From: Tubulanus polymorphus
Taxonomy: Eukaryota; Animalia; Nemertea
Direction: 5' to 3'
DNA: 64,000 nucleotides
NCBI RefSeq assembly: GCF_964204645.1
Contig: NC_134029.1
Coordinates: 9,140,850 to 9,204,849, forward strand
Part shown: in pieces, positions 1 to 11,300 of the stretch
How the letters are laid out: the number at the start of each line of letters is the position of its first letter
How positions within the stretch are numbered: the first letter of the stretch is position 1
Notes under the pieces: generated by a model
Told to the model about the DNA's origin: nothing
The model's input: only the letters and a program-made list of their open reading frames with translations
The model's database searches: none
Position numbers and translations under genes: made by a program

Positions 1-622
1 TTCTTCAGTCAATCTGAGTCGGCCTGTGTTTATACGAGGCAGGACAAAGCCTCTTGTCTCGCTGTGTGTATACAGCACTGCTATCTCTAGTCTACTATTA
101 CATGTACTTTAACTCACTCGGGGTATTCCCCGAGAATACAGCATTGAATGGCCTGATATGTGATACTGGCTGGCCTTACTGGTAATTTTCATTGCATGAA
201 GAAAATCCTTCACTCGCAGCACTTTCAAGAAATAAAATCCGGGCTAGTGAATGACTTACACAGCAGAGACCACCTTATCGATACTCTCCCTGTCGGCGTA
301 AACCACGAACTGCGCAGCATCTATGAGCTACTTACGAATGTATTAGTACACGAGCACCTGAGAGGATAGTGATGGGGATAACACTTCATTGCTGAGTAAA
401 ACCGATATAGACAATTCACTGATATGGTTAGCCCTTCGTGTGCCTCAAAACTTTCCATAATTCATTACGATTTTGGGACCTTAGGTACAACAGGCTATGA
501 TGTTCATAGCTAGTATCATGAATATAGGCAAATGACGCATTACAGACAACTTTTTATTGGATTATCAGTTCTATATCGATACAGCATTACGAAACTATAT
601 CCATGGCAGTAAAGATACTACG
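1..622 (-). mobile_element. Interspersed repeat, inverted copy of the element at ~17377-17945 (partial, truncated by window edge)
   Basis: 1-622 aligns by eye to the reverse complement of ~17377-17945 (e.g. cagtcaatctgagtcggcctgtgt vs acacaggccgactcagattgactg). The near-identical ORFs 160..369(+) and 17641..17826(-) reflect this. Family not identified. Confidence 0.85.
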
Positions 623-713
<91 letters not shown>

Positions 714-721
714 CATACATA
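623..721. repeat. (TA)n microsatellite followed by a short (TACA)n
   Basis: Directly visible long uninterrupted TA run, then tacatacatacat. Confidence 0.98.
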
Positions 722-880
722 TGAAACTTCTAATAATGTGCTTAAGGGCTGATTTTGGCGGAACAAATCTTGGCCACAAGTCGGCCATCTTGACAAGGAT
801 TGAGTCATTTTTGGGCTGAAGATGTGTCCAAAGGTAGATACAAACATGAACCAAATATCGAGACCATTTACATCAAAGGC
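722..880 (-). mobile_element. Fragment of the HINE/DINE-1-like family (see 7086-8370)
   Basis: gctgattttggcg...gtcggccatcttga...tttttgggctgaagatgtgtc is the reverse complement of ~7225-7345. Confidence 0.75.
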
Positions 881-913
881 CTTGGTCCAACGCATACTAG
901 ATCATATACATAC

Positions 914-1019
914 CCAATCTAACAACAGGACATGCCCTTTTACATTCCTGACGACATCTTTTCGGCTTGCATCGGTCATTGTTTACGATGGCAATACGCG
1001 TCAATTTATCACCAGACAT
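914..1019 (-). CDS. ABCE1: ABCE1/RLI1 ribosome-recycling ATPase, first coding exon (gene continues beyond the left edge)
   Basis: Minus strand reads [36 protein letters not shown], matching the known ABCE1 N-terminal Fe-S motif (human [35 protein letters not shown]). Acceptor tttcag just upstream (exon starts 1037); donor G|GTATGT at 914/913. Confidence 0.95.
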
Positions 1020-2751
1020 CTTTCAAGGTCAGTACTCCTGAAATGCACAGAATAACTAAGATCTAAACGCATTTTAAACGAAACTGGTTATTTTGTCATA
1101 TGGTGCAATACGAGCCAGGGACTATTTTCAGAAAACCAATAGATAAATTAGGGGCCATTCAGAACACGAGGCTAGAATTGAGTAAATACCATACAGAATT
1201 AGACAGATCTTGGAATTTGAAGATGCATCGAACCGGCCAGTTGTTTGATGCTGGTTTATGGGTCCTGATTATAAACACTGACACTTTTTGCTTCATCATC
1301 AAACCCCTCACATAATCATCCTTTAGTGAAAATGAACTAGAAAACATTCTAATCTTGAGAGTATTATCTATATGTATGTAAATAGCTCTCGATATACCAC
1401 CTCTCACCCTCCACCATAACGCCAACGAAATCCTAGAACAGCCCTATTCGAACTCAAAGAAAAAACGTTTTTTTATACCGCCAACCATCTTTAATAATCT
1501 TTAATCAATGTTGTTTGCCGTCTATTAAGAACCGAAAACACAACAAGCTTTAGGCTAACTGAAGTTAGAGCAGTGGCAGATTCCTGAACACGCCCCAAAA
1601 ACTTTGAGGGACCGTCATCCCTAAAAATTCCGTTTCAAAAGTTTCCGTGTTTCAGATGTATGACCGCGTTTCAGACCCAATGACAGTATAGTCTTACAAG
1701 ACAGTGTCAGTGTAGTCTAGCAATAGAGAGGTAGGACGACACTACCAGTACTGTTGCGAATCTTCGATATTGAGCCGACCTTCCTTAATCAGCCCTCTAC
1801 TGTGCATGTAAACCCATCAGCTAATTATAATATATCATAATTTGTGAAGTAGGTAGGGTCCAGAGCCAGGTCCAGGAGCGCAGATCGAATGAAGAAGGGA
1901 GGAGGGAGACCCATTCATTGGATTCATGATTCATTCATCATCTGACATCTGATCGTCGATTTGAATTGAATGAATTGGGGTCGATTGATCCGAATTCCCA
2001 GCCTATTTCACGAGTAAAATAATATCAGCTGGTTCTTAAATAAATACCCGTCTTAAAAGTGAACCGTCTGATGTTGATCAGAGACCATAAACAGCTAAAA
2101 TTCACGGCGATCCTATTTTATACGAGACAATATGGCATTTCCCATAGAATGATCCTCAGCATGCCGGCATATGGACATGTGCGACTAACCTGCCGTTAAA
2201 GACTTTCGATGCCTCTGAGAGCATAGGGCTATGCCAATCTTAAGATAAAACTACAATTCTCTGTAATTCTTTAATAATTCTCACTTCCAATACTATCTTT
2301 GACGTATTGTATCTATGAATTCTCACTTGTATGCCTTAAAATGATAAATGCGTATGTATCTGCTGATTTGTCTTGTGCAAAATAAGTGTCAATAAAGCGA
2401 ATTGATTTGGATCTGTTACGGAACTCTTGTCCGACGCGCCGCAATCTCCGGTAGTTTCAGTATATCTCAACCGCGTAATCCGATAATCCGATAATCAGCA
2501 AGAAAACGTCGAAAACTTTGCTATTCAGCTGTCGATCTCGCTAGGCCGCTTTCAGTGTATGTCTTTGAACCGACTTTTGTGATTTTTTGCCATTTATGAC
2601 GTGACACTTCTAAACGCCTGTGTACTTTCCTCATAGAGAGGCGCCTATGTTTGTGTTGCAAATGATCTTGAAACTAAAATGAGGGGTATTTGCAAATCGG
2701 GAACCCGCGCCCAATACGAAAAAAGTTTGAAGTGGATATTTTGCCAAGATA

Positions 2752-3171
2752 GGCAGTGGATATTTTACGGTATACGGCTGAGTATTTATTTCCGCTATTT
2801 TACCGTACATATCGCTGATTGGCACAGAGGTGCGCGACATAGAAAATTCAAGGAAAGTGTGGAGAACAAGGTTAAAGAAAATAGACTAGAGCGAGAATCG
2901 AACCCGGCGCAGCGTCATACCATTAGTAGACCACCGGGCTCGCTGAAAACCAACCGAATGTTTTAACTATCTATAGTACCTCACCTTACCCTAATCCTAT
3001 CCCTAGGGGTAAAACAGAACCCTCTGGACCCTCTTCTGACCCTCTCGACACTAACCCTATCGAAACCCTAACCCTAAACCCAATATAATGATTTTTTTTA
3101 TATATAGTAATAATGTACGGTAAAATAGCGGAAGTAAATACTTTGCCGTATACGGTTAAATATCCACTTCG
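2752..3171. mobile_element. Non-autonomous MITE with ~55-bp TIRs and 9-bp TSD (Mutator-like)
   Basis: agtggatattttacggtatacggc...ccgctattttaccgtacat (2755-2810) is inverted at 3113-3168. The direct repeat gccaagata lies at 2743-2751 and 3172-3180. Internal (aaccct)-like repeats. Confidence 0.8.
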
Positions 3172-3380
3172 GCCAAGATACGTATCTTATATGAACATTG
3201 TATTGTTCTCGCGCGATTCAACATTAAGGGGGGAAGAGATTAGGGTTTCGCCTTTGGGGTCCAGAGCAGAGGGTTAGGTTAAGGTTGAGTAGGCCTACTA
3301 GGTGCCTATGAAGTGAAAAATTACAGCCGGATTGCAAGAACCTCGAAGAATTGGCGCACCTTTGTGCACAGCGCAGTCAA

Positions 3381-3405
3381 TTAGCCAATCAGAACAGCCA
3401 TTGGA
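3381..3405 (+). promoter_or_regulatory. Possible NF-Y CCAAT boxes in the ABCE1/TP53BP1 divergent region
   Basis: agCCAATcag at 3385-3389 and an inverted ATTGG at 3400-3404 between the divergent genes. Position is plausible, but the TSS is unknown. Confidence 0.3.
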
Positions 3406-4079
3406 AAAGTAGCATTAGGCACAGGAATAATGCTGCATTATTGACAAAAATGTCAGCTGCCGAAAGTTCGGCATTATTACTACCAAAAGTTAATTACAAA
3501 TTCAAAATTAACTTTTGACTTGCCACTCGTAGGGCCTATTCGAATACAAGAAGAAGCGTTGATTTTTTTTATTTCGATCTACAATGTTTCAGTCAGCCAT
3601 CACGACGTATAGGGCTTTCCTCCGCCAAATTTAGTGATTTCGAGACTGGATCCTTCATTTTCTCTTCTTACTCTGTCTGAGGCGACTCTTTCCTCGAATT
3701 AGCCGAACAGTACATGTAATCGGCAAAATAGCACAAACTTGGATAGTACCGTGTTGACAAAATATCAACTGCCTTATTAAATCAAATCACATTAGATATT
3801 CCCTAATATTCAATTCAGTGTTTATTCATCATAAAATCGTGGGTGATATGAAAATTGTAGAAGATATAAAAATCTTTTTTACATATTAGAAAAGATGATG
3901 TATAAAATTTGTACATAGAATAACTATGAAAGAGAAGATAGGATTTTACAAATTTTCTTAGGTCTACAACAATTCATCGTATTAATGATCCATGCCTCCG
4001 AATTTGCGTAGGACTACATCTGAAGGAATTGATTGGTCCTGCGAGATCCAAGGCAAGCTGATAAAGTAATAGCTCGCTT

Positions 4080-5350
4080 CTAATTGGCCGGGTCATTTTG
4101 TAAATCGCAATAAAATTTGTAATCAGTTCATTTCTCTAGCTGCCGGGTCTGTTATGGTTAGCTTGATTGTGATTTTAAAGATGTACAGGGTAGATAGCCG
4201 AAGGCTGGGTCAACTTAAAAGCACTGCAGAATTGAGAAACAAGGTATCAATTCTTTTTAGGCTCTCATCATTAATCTTAAATTTTCTATATTTCCTCAGG
4301 GCTACTTTAAGTCTGCCGCAACGGATTTCCACTGAGATAAACGGTGTTATGCCATCAACTGAGACCGTTACCATCGGCCAATACAGTGGCAGCAGCGATG
4401 ACAGTCAGCACGAATCGAGTGAAGTGATCTTACAGGACCATGCCAGTGATCCTAGGTACGAGTTTGCGACTTAAGATAGTATCGAAAAAAAATAATTTGA
4501 GCCTTTGAAAAGAACTTGCTGTCTTCCTGTGAGTCTGTAACTACGTAGCCTATTTCTCATCCCACGACAGGGATTCAAACTTTATGACATCGATAGACTT
4601 GGCCACGGCATGAAGTCCCGTCAAACTAGACCGAGTGCGCAACAATGCTATCAAGTTCGAATCCTTACTGCGAAGGATGTATATTTCTAATTCTATCAAT
4701 TCGGTCGACAGAGATTGCCATATTAAGCAGCAAAAATGGTTTTGAAGTGGCATTGGATTAAATAGCATTGAATTTGAATCAGCAGTGCTGTTAGGAACCC
4801 TGTAATTACACGTACTACTCCTACAGAGTTTCTAATCGATTTTTTCAGGGATGTGTCCAGTGCTGAGAGTGAGGGCATGGGAGGCATAAGTGGTGCCTCA
4901 ACTGCCATTGTCAGTGATGATGAAAGTCATCGTCATCCCAGATTGCAGCAGGGTATGTACGTACCGTCCTTCATTGAAAAAGATTCTTGGTGAAATCTTT
5001 CCATCCATTGACTTGTTTTACATTTTACAACTGGCTTAAAGAACCTCTGAAAGTAGTGAGTCAGTAGGTCAGTTTGTATAGGTTATAGTCCCTACAGTAG
5101 ACTCCTCTCAGTTCGGATCTGATCAACTTGCATAACTTTTTAGGCTAAAAGATTGACGCCTTGTTTCTCCTAAATGGCTAGGTCACTTTTGTAAACTGCC
5201 ATGAAATTTATAATCCATTCATTTCTATAGCTACCAGGTCTGTTATTGTTAGCATGATCACGATTTCTAGTAATGTACATGGTATATAGGGACATGGCCA
5301 GGTCAACTTTTTAAGCTCAGCAGAAATGAGAGACAAGGTATCAATTTTTT
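4080..5350 (+). repeat. Two diverged copies (~4080-4255 and ~5170-5350) of a ~180-bp intronic repeat
   Basis: ggtcattttgtaaa...ttcatttct.tagct...ggtctgttat...ggtcaactt...gcagaa.tgaga.acaaggtatcaatt occurs twice. Confidence 0.7.
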
Positions 5351-8300
5351 TGGCCTAAAATGAAATGTTTTTAGCTACACTGTGACCAAACGTCAGCAGA
5401 TCTGATTGATAAGGGAGTTAGTCTGTCTATCGGTGCATCAATTTTTGCTTAAAATGGCTACTAGTCCTACAGTTTTTCTCAGATCAAGATGAACTTTGTC
5501 GCGATAACTAAATAAGGCCAAGGCCTTAAACGAAATAGAGCGGTTGTAAGCCCTAAAGTCACAGTGGGCTATTGCATTCATTTTTCGTTCATCTGTCTGT
5601 CCGTCTGAAGACAGAATCTAGTTTGTTGGGAAGTTTTCAAAACTTTGATATTTGGTCTTTTCTTGAGGTTTGGTATGTAGGCTAAGTATCCCTTAGGGCC
5701 TAGCATCACAAAAACAATAGGTTCCATAAAGAACAAGATGGCGGTTTGTCTCAGCTGCCACAACAAATCTATAAATCGGCTATAAAATTCTTTCCATGTT
5801 TGATTGAAGCAATGTTTTCGAGTATGGTCCTAACAAAATTGTGCTTGAAATGAATTTCAGAATCGGCCGAGTTTCTAAGTCCAGCGAGAAATAGCAGTAG
5901 TTTTCATGTACCGGCGATTAGCAGTCTGGAGAGTAGTACCGTTAGTTCTTTGAGTGCGATTAGTGATTCTGATCAACCGTCCGAGTAAGTCACAAAATAA
6001 CAGGAAATATGTTGATCAAACAGTATTGTACGTAACTAGAAATTAATGTTCTCTGTTCATGCACCTTCACTTTGGAACTCTCACGAACTATCCCGATGCT
6101 TTAGCTTTAAGACCCATCTCAAAACAATTATGTTCTATGCAGCATACCATTGAACTCTCGGAAAGCACATTTGAACTCTTTAAAGGGCTTTATAAATGAC
6201 GTTATTATTAAATTCCTGACTAAGATTCTCAAGATTCAGTCCAAATTAATGTGTTGGTTTCATAGGGCCTATTTAGGGTTTGACAGGAAAGGTTTTGGAA
6301 GTCTTTCCCATCCTCCCTCAGTAGGAATTCGAACTAACATGTCTCCCCTTTGATATCCATGAATCCATTTGCGGTTCAAGATACCCATATCCTGCTATTT
6401 ATCAAGCGCCAATTCCAAGAAAAGACCCATCCTCCCTCTGCGGAGATTAGAACCTACTGGCTCTTCTTGCAGCACTTTGTATCGGCGCTTGCTTTAAGTA
6501 TACTGTATAGTAGGATATGTGGTATCTTAAACTGCAAATGGGTTCATCGATATCAAAGTTAAGTATATTTTTGTGAAATCTTACGAAGTCGGTTTTTTTC
6601 TGTTAACAATTACTTTTACTTCAGGCAATTCCAACTTGAAGGTAGCACTTTTCGCGAGGAAATCCAAAGTTTGGAAGAATTAGCGTCAACTCAACATGAC
6701 ATGTTCCAAGAATATGCAATGGAATGCGATGGTAAGACATTTAGACATCTCGACCCCATTATCGTATTATAGGCCATAGGGCTAGTTATTTTTGGCAATT
6801 CACCTGACTGAAACAATATCAGCTATATCGCATTATAGTCCTAACCCAGTATTAAGAAGCAGATTTAAAATTTGATAATCCAAAAATACTGTGGAGGTTA
6901 TGTTGTATTTTCATAGTTTTTCCATTGGTATCTCTATTGGTACTCTTAATATTTCAAAATGTACGTATTAAAGTAATAGTCCATGACATATTTTATCATT
7001 GTGGGCAGTTTCAAGGGGAATTTGTTTTTTTACACGTTCACCCCTTCACCAGGTGGTAATGAATATTGAAATTGTCTCTAAGTCGTTTTTAGCCCACTTG
7101 GGACTTTAGTCCCAGCGGGCTATTGCGTTCACTTTTCGTCCGTCGTCCGTCCGTTCGTCGTAGCGTCCGTCCGTCCGTAGACGGAATCCAGTTATTTTGG
7201 GAAGTTTTGAAGACGCTTCAAGGTAATGTCTTGATATTTGGGTTACACATGTATCTACCCTAGACACATCTTCAGCCCAAAAACTGGCCCTGTCAGATTC
7301 AAGATGGCCGACTGGCAGCCATTGTTGTTCGCCAAAATCAGCACTTTTTACACATTTTTGAACTTTTTGAGGGAAATTTTGAAGACGCTTTGATCAATTA
7401 CCTTGATCTTTCCGATATATGTGAATTCCCCCAGGGCCCATCAGCATAACAAAAATTGGGTCGATCGGACTCAAGATGGCCGTCCTATGACCTTTTTAGT
7501 GCCCAAAAATGTTAATTTTTGCCCAAATTCTGAGTCCTGTAGCTTCCTACTGGTTTATCATTTCTCATTGCAATTTGTGATGGGTATTCTTTGGAAAGGG
7601 ATGTTTTATACCTGAGACATGTATTTTTCATCAGCCAATTATGACGCAATTGGCGGCCATCTTGGTGTCAGCAGTACTGATTCGTAAGTGGGAAAAAGTT
7701 TTTCCACATTATATTGATACCTAAGCATATTTTGCTACCACAAACAATTAGAAAGTTGTAGCTTATAACGTGTTCTATGATTGTGGTGAGTTTCAAGGTC
7801 ATTGGTTTTTCTATATGGCCACCAGGGAGCGTTGAATAATGCAATATCTTAGTATTTCTATATTATATTCGTATCAATGCATATTTTGTAACCACAATCA
7901 ATTGCAAAGTTGTAGCTCATGACATCAGCTATGATTGTGGCAAGTTTTAAGGCCATTAGTTATTCTATATGGTCACCAGGGGGCGTTGAATAGTAGAATA
8001 ACTTAGTATTTCCTTATTATATTGTTACCTAGGCATATTTTGTTACCATGATCAATTGCAAAGTTGTAAACCATGACATGTTCTATGATTGTGGTGAGTT
8101 TCAAGGTCATTGGGTTTTGAATATGGTCACCAGGGGGCGTTGAATAGTAGAATAACTTAGTATTTCCATATTAAAGTGGTAACGAGGCATATTTTGTTAT
8201 CACAATCAATTACAAAATCGTAGCTGCTGATATGTTCTATGATTGTGGTGAGTTTCAAGGTCATTGGATTCTGTGGTCACCAGGGGGTGTTGAATATTGA

Positions 8301-11300
8301 AATTGTTAGATTGTTGAGCATTTGGAACCACTTCCCAAGTGGGCATGGTGTCCCTGGACCCCTAGTCTAGAATATCTCTAGTTCCTAAGTGGACATAGTT
8401 TAAATCTTTGTTTATTGCACATTTTAGATGATGTTTCTAATAGATCGGAACCTAGATCAGAAGCGGTGAGTATAAAGGCCTGTATTTAATGAGGGGAAAC
8501 AGTGCAGCGAGTACAAAGGGCTGTATTTAATGAGGGGAAACGGTACGTGTGCGTGTACGTCGTTCCTAAAATTCCTAAACTATTCTAGAATTCGGAAATT
8601 CTGTTTCTAGTGGTTAATACTAACCATGAAATTCTAAGTTTCCATCTCCGAAATCGACAGATTTCCCCCATCTGAAATTGAAATTACCAGCCCACAACTT
8701 GTTTTTTAAAATTACCTATGCATTAGTCACTCTGTATAGATATCGAACCTCTTAAACCACTGATTTTGAAATTTTCAGCAACAAATGGCATTAGGATGGT
8801 CTGGAAGTGGTGATAATTCTATTAATCCGCTGTCACAGCCAGCAGAGTCACAGGTAAAATGGCTTTTAATTTCTACTTTCTAAAATAACTGTATTTGTTC
8901 ATCAGGGGGCATTGAATATTGAAGTTTTCAGATTGTCAAGCATTTCACGAAGTGGGCATGGACTCCTAGATTTTATATAGATCACAAATCTTGGTATATG
9001 GGTACATAATGCATATGTAAAACATGCTTTCTGGCATATTTAGTTCATAACAACTACCATCAATAGTGAAAGAACACATTGTGAGAACATATAAGTGAAT
9101 ATATTCTTAAACCATACTTAAAGCTATTTTGACTAAACTTTGTGTCAAGTACTTTGTTGTACTTAGTAGCCCATAGTAACACGCTACCTAGTAGAATTCG
9201 ACATTTTTTCCTTCATAATAAAAGTAATCACCAGCATAATACTCGGCAACGAAATTATCCATGTTTTGAGCAGCATACCAAAAGTATCTACAATTTCTGC
9301 GCCTCATTCCGAATCGATGGTAAAATGCCCCAAAATCACTCTAAGAGATTCTCGTACATTGAAATCTCTACGTTCAAACTTCAAAATTGTTTCGTTAAGT
9401 AGATATTGACCTCATAGTCTGGCTTCCTTTCGTAATTCTTTAAGGGACCTTCATTTAGTATGTACGCATTGTTTCATGGATTTTGGTCCCTCCCCCTTTG
9501 CACAAGGTCAGTCATTTTTTCCTGTGTCTTGGAGTGCTCGCTTCCTTGGCCCCTCCCCTACATGCGTACATACTAAATGAACGACCCCATATAATGCTAT
9601 TTGATGTATTCTGTTAATTTAATTCATATATTAGGGGATTATATTTTACCCCCTTCCCGCCATTTGTAATTTTTGTAAATTTGAATGTGTGAATGTGTGC
9701 ATGATTGATGAATATATGTGTTTTGACCGCGTGTGAGGGATAGGTGTCTCATACCCGACAAGCAGCCTTGCTTTAACCCATTAGCACTCAAGCCGCCCGT
9801 ATCCGCCCTGCCTATTATTCCTCAAGCCGCCCGAATCTGCCCCGGCACTTTTTTGTATGCTGCACAAAAACGGTTATAGTGGGTATCGAACCCATTAGCT
9901 TATGATAACCTACACACCTAAGTCCTCGAAATACCAAACAGAAATCAACATCCTCCTATTTCAATTTCTTGAGTATTTTCGAGTTTGAACATGACACATC
10001 TCTTCAAATCCAAGTAAGTTTGGATGAATTTTGGAGGGCCAAAAGGACACGATTTTGGCTGCCCACCTCATCAAATCTTACATCATATGAAAGCCTTGAC
10101 CATTTACGACAAAAGAACACAAACTTGTAATGCATAGAAATACACAGCAAATGAGTTATTCGGTATCATGATGAACTTGGATTTTGCCTTGAATTTTCTG
10201 AGGAGTAATTGACACTACATAGTGCAATTCCTGAGTGCTAATGGGTTAAATGAGCACCTACCACTGATATTGGAACATCCTTTATAAATATAAAATTTGT
10301 TACAATTTCTTGTGGAAATAAACTATTATTATTATTATATTGATCTGCCTTATGTATCTAGTTCATGTGTTGACCCCTAGGTGGTGCTCCTACAGAATAG
10401 CCATATTTTATGAACTGATAAGTCTGATTTTGATGAAACTTTGTACACATCATACCGGGGTAGTACTGCATTTAAACCAACAAGGCAGAAAACCTGTTGT
10501 TGCTGCTTTGCCAGCTATATTCTTATTTAGTTATTGTTAATTTAATGATTTCGTAATTCTGTTAATTTCATCCTTTTGGATAGTAATGATTTGTACTTAT
10601 GAACAAATTCAAATGTTTTCAGAGTCTCCTCGAGGAATCGGGTATAAACGTTGAAGAAGCTGCTACGGCTCATGCTCCAGACGATACTTCTTCAAGTGAA
10701 TCGTTAGATTTACATCTCGCACCAACTCAACAATCGCAGTTGTTGGTAATGATCTGATGCGTTCATTGAACTCTCAATTATCCGCCGTAATTGAGACTGA
10801 AAAATTTGGCAGATGATACAGTGTTGACTGATGGCAGTTTTGACGAACATTTATCATAAGAAAAAATTCCATACAAATGAAAATGAACTTTTTGGTTCTC
10901 GGGTTGCGGTTACGAGACCCTTATTTTCGTACTGTCTGTGTATCTGTCTTTCAGCTACTTAGCTTCTTTGATAGTGGCTCTATTTCTTATTCAGGCCAAG
11001 AATGGTTGTCTTATTTTGTGATGAGGGAATTGATTTCTTTGCATTCGTCTGTTTCATGCAGTAATTTACTGCATGAAACAGATGAATAGTACGTAGGTCT
11101 GCTTCTTATCGCAGTGAGAATTTTGAATAATCATTTGAAGGCCCATGATATTGAATTTATGGGGTGTTTCAGTTTGAAATATTTTGATAACTATCTAAAT
11201 GAGAAGTTACTTCTGTGTTTCAAGCCAACAGTAGGTGCCTTACACAGGCACATAGACTCAGACATAAAATGAAAACATTAAGCAGGGTTCTTACAGTTCA

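Noticed and set aside
587-895. ORFs with long YIYIYI runs
   Set aside because: Translation of the (TA)n microsatellite and a repeat fragment; not protein-coding.
1600-2650. Possible ANAPC10 or other coding gene next to ABCE1 (vertebrate synteny)
   Set aside because: No ANAPC10-like peptide found, and the candidate exons I tried have stops in the needed frames.
3450-4060. Candidate 53BP1 start exons (ATG at 3450; exon ~3962-4051 with GC donor)
   Set aside because: None gave a phase-2 junction compatible with the 4300 exon without an in-frame stop; left unresolved.
7720-8300. Regularly spaced repeats as a possible CRISPR array
   Set aside because: Whole ~154-bp units are similar with no unique spacers, no cas genes are present, and the context is eukaryotic; they are internal tandem repeats of a transposon.
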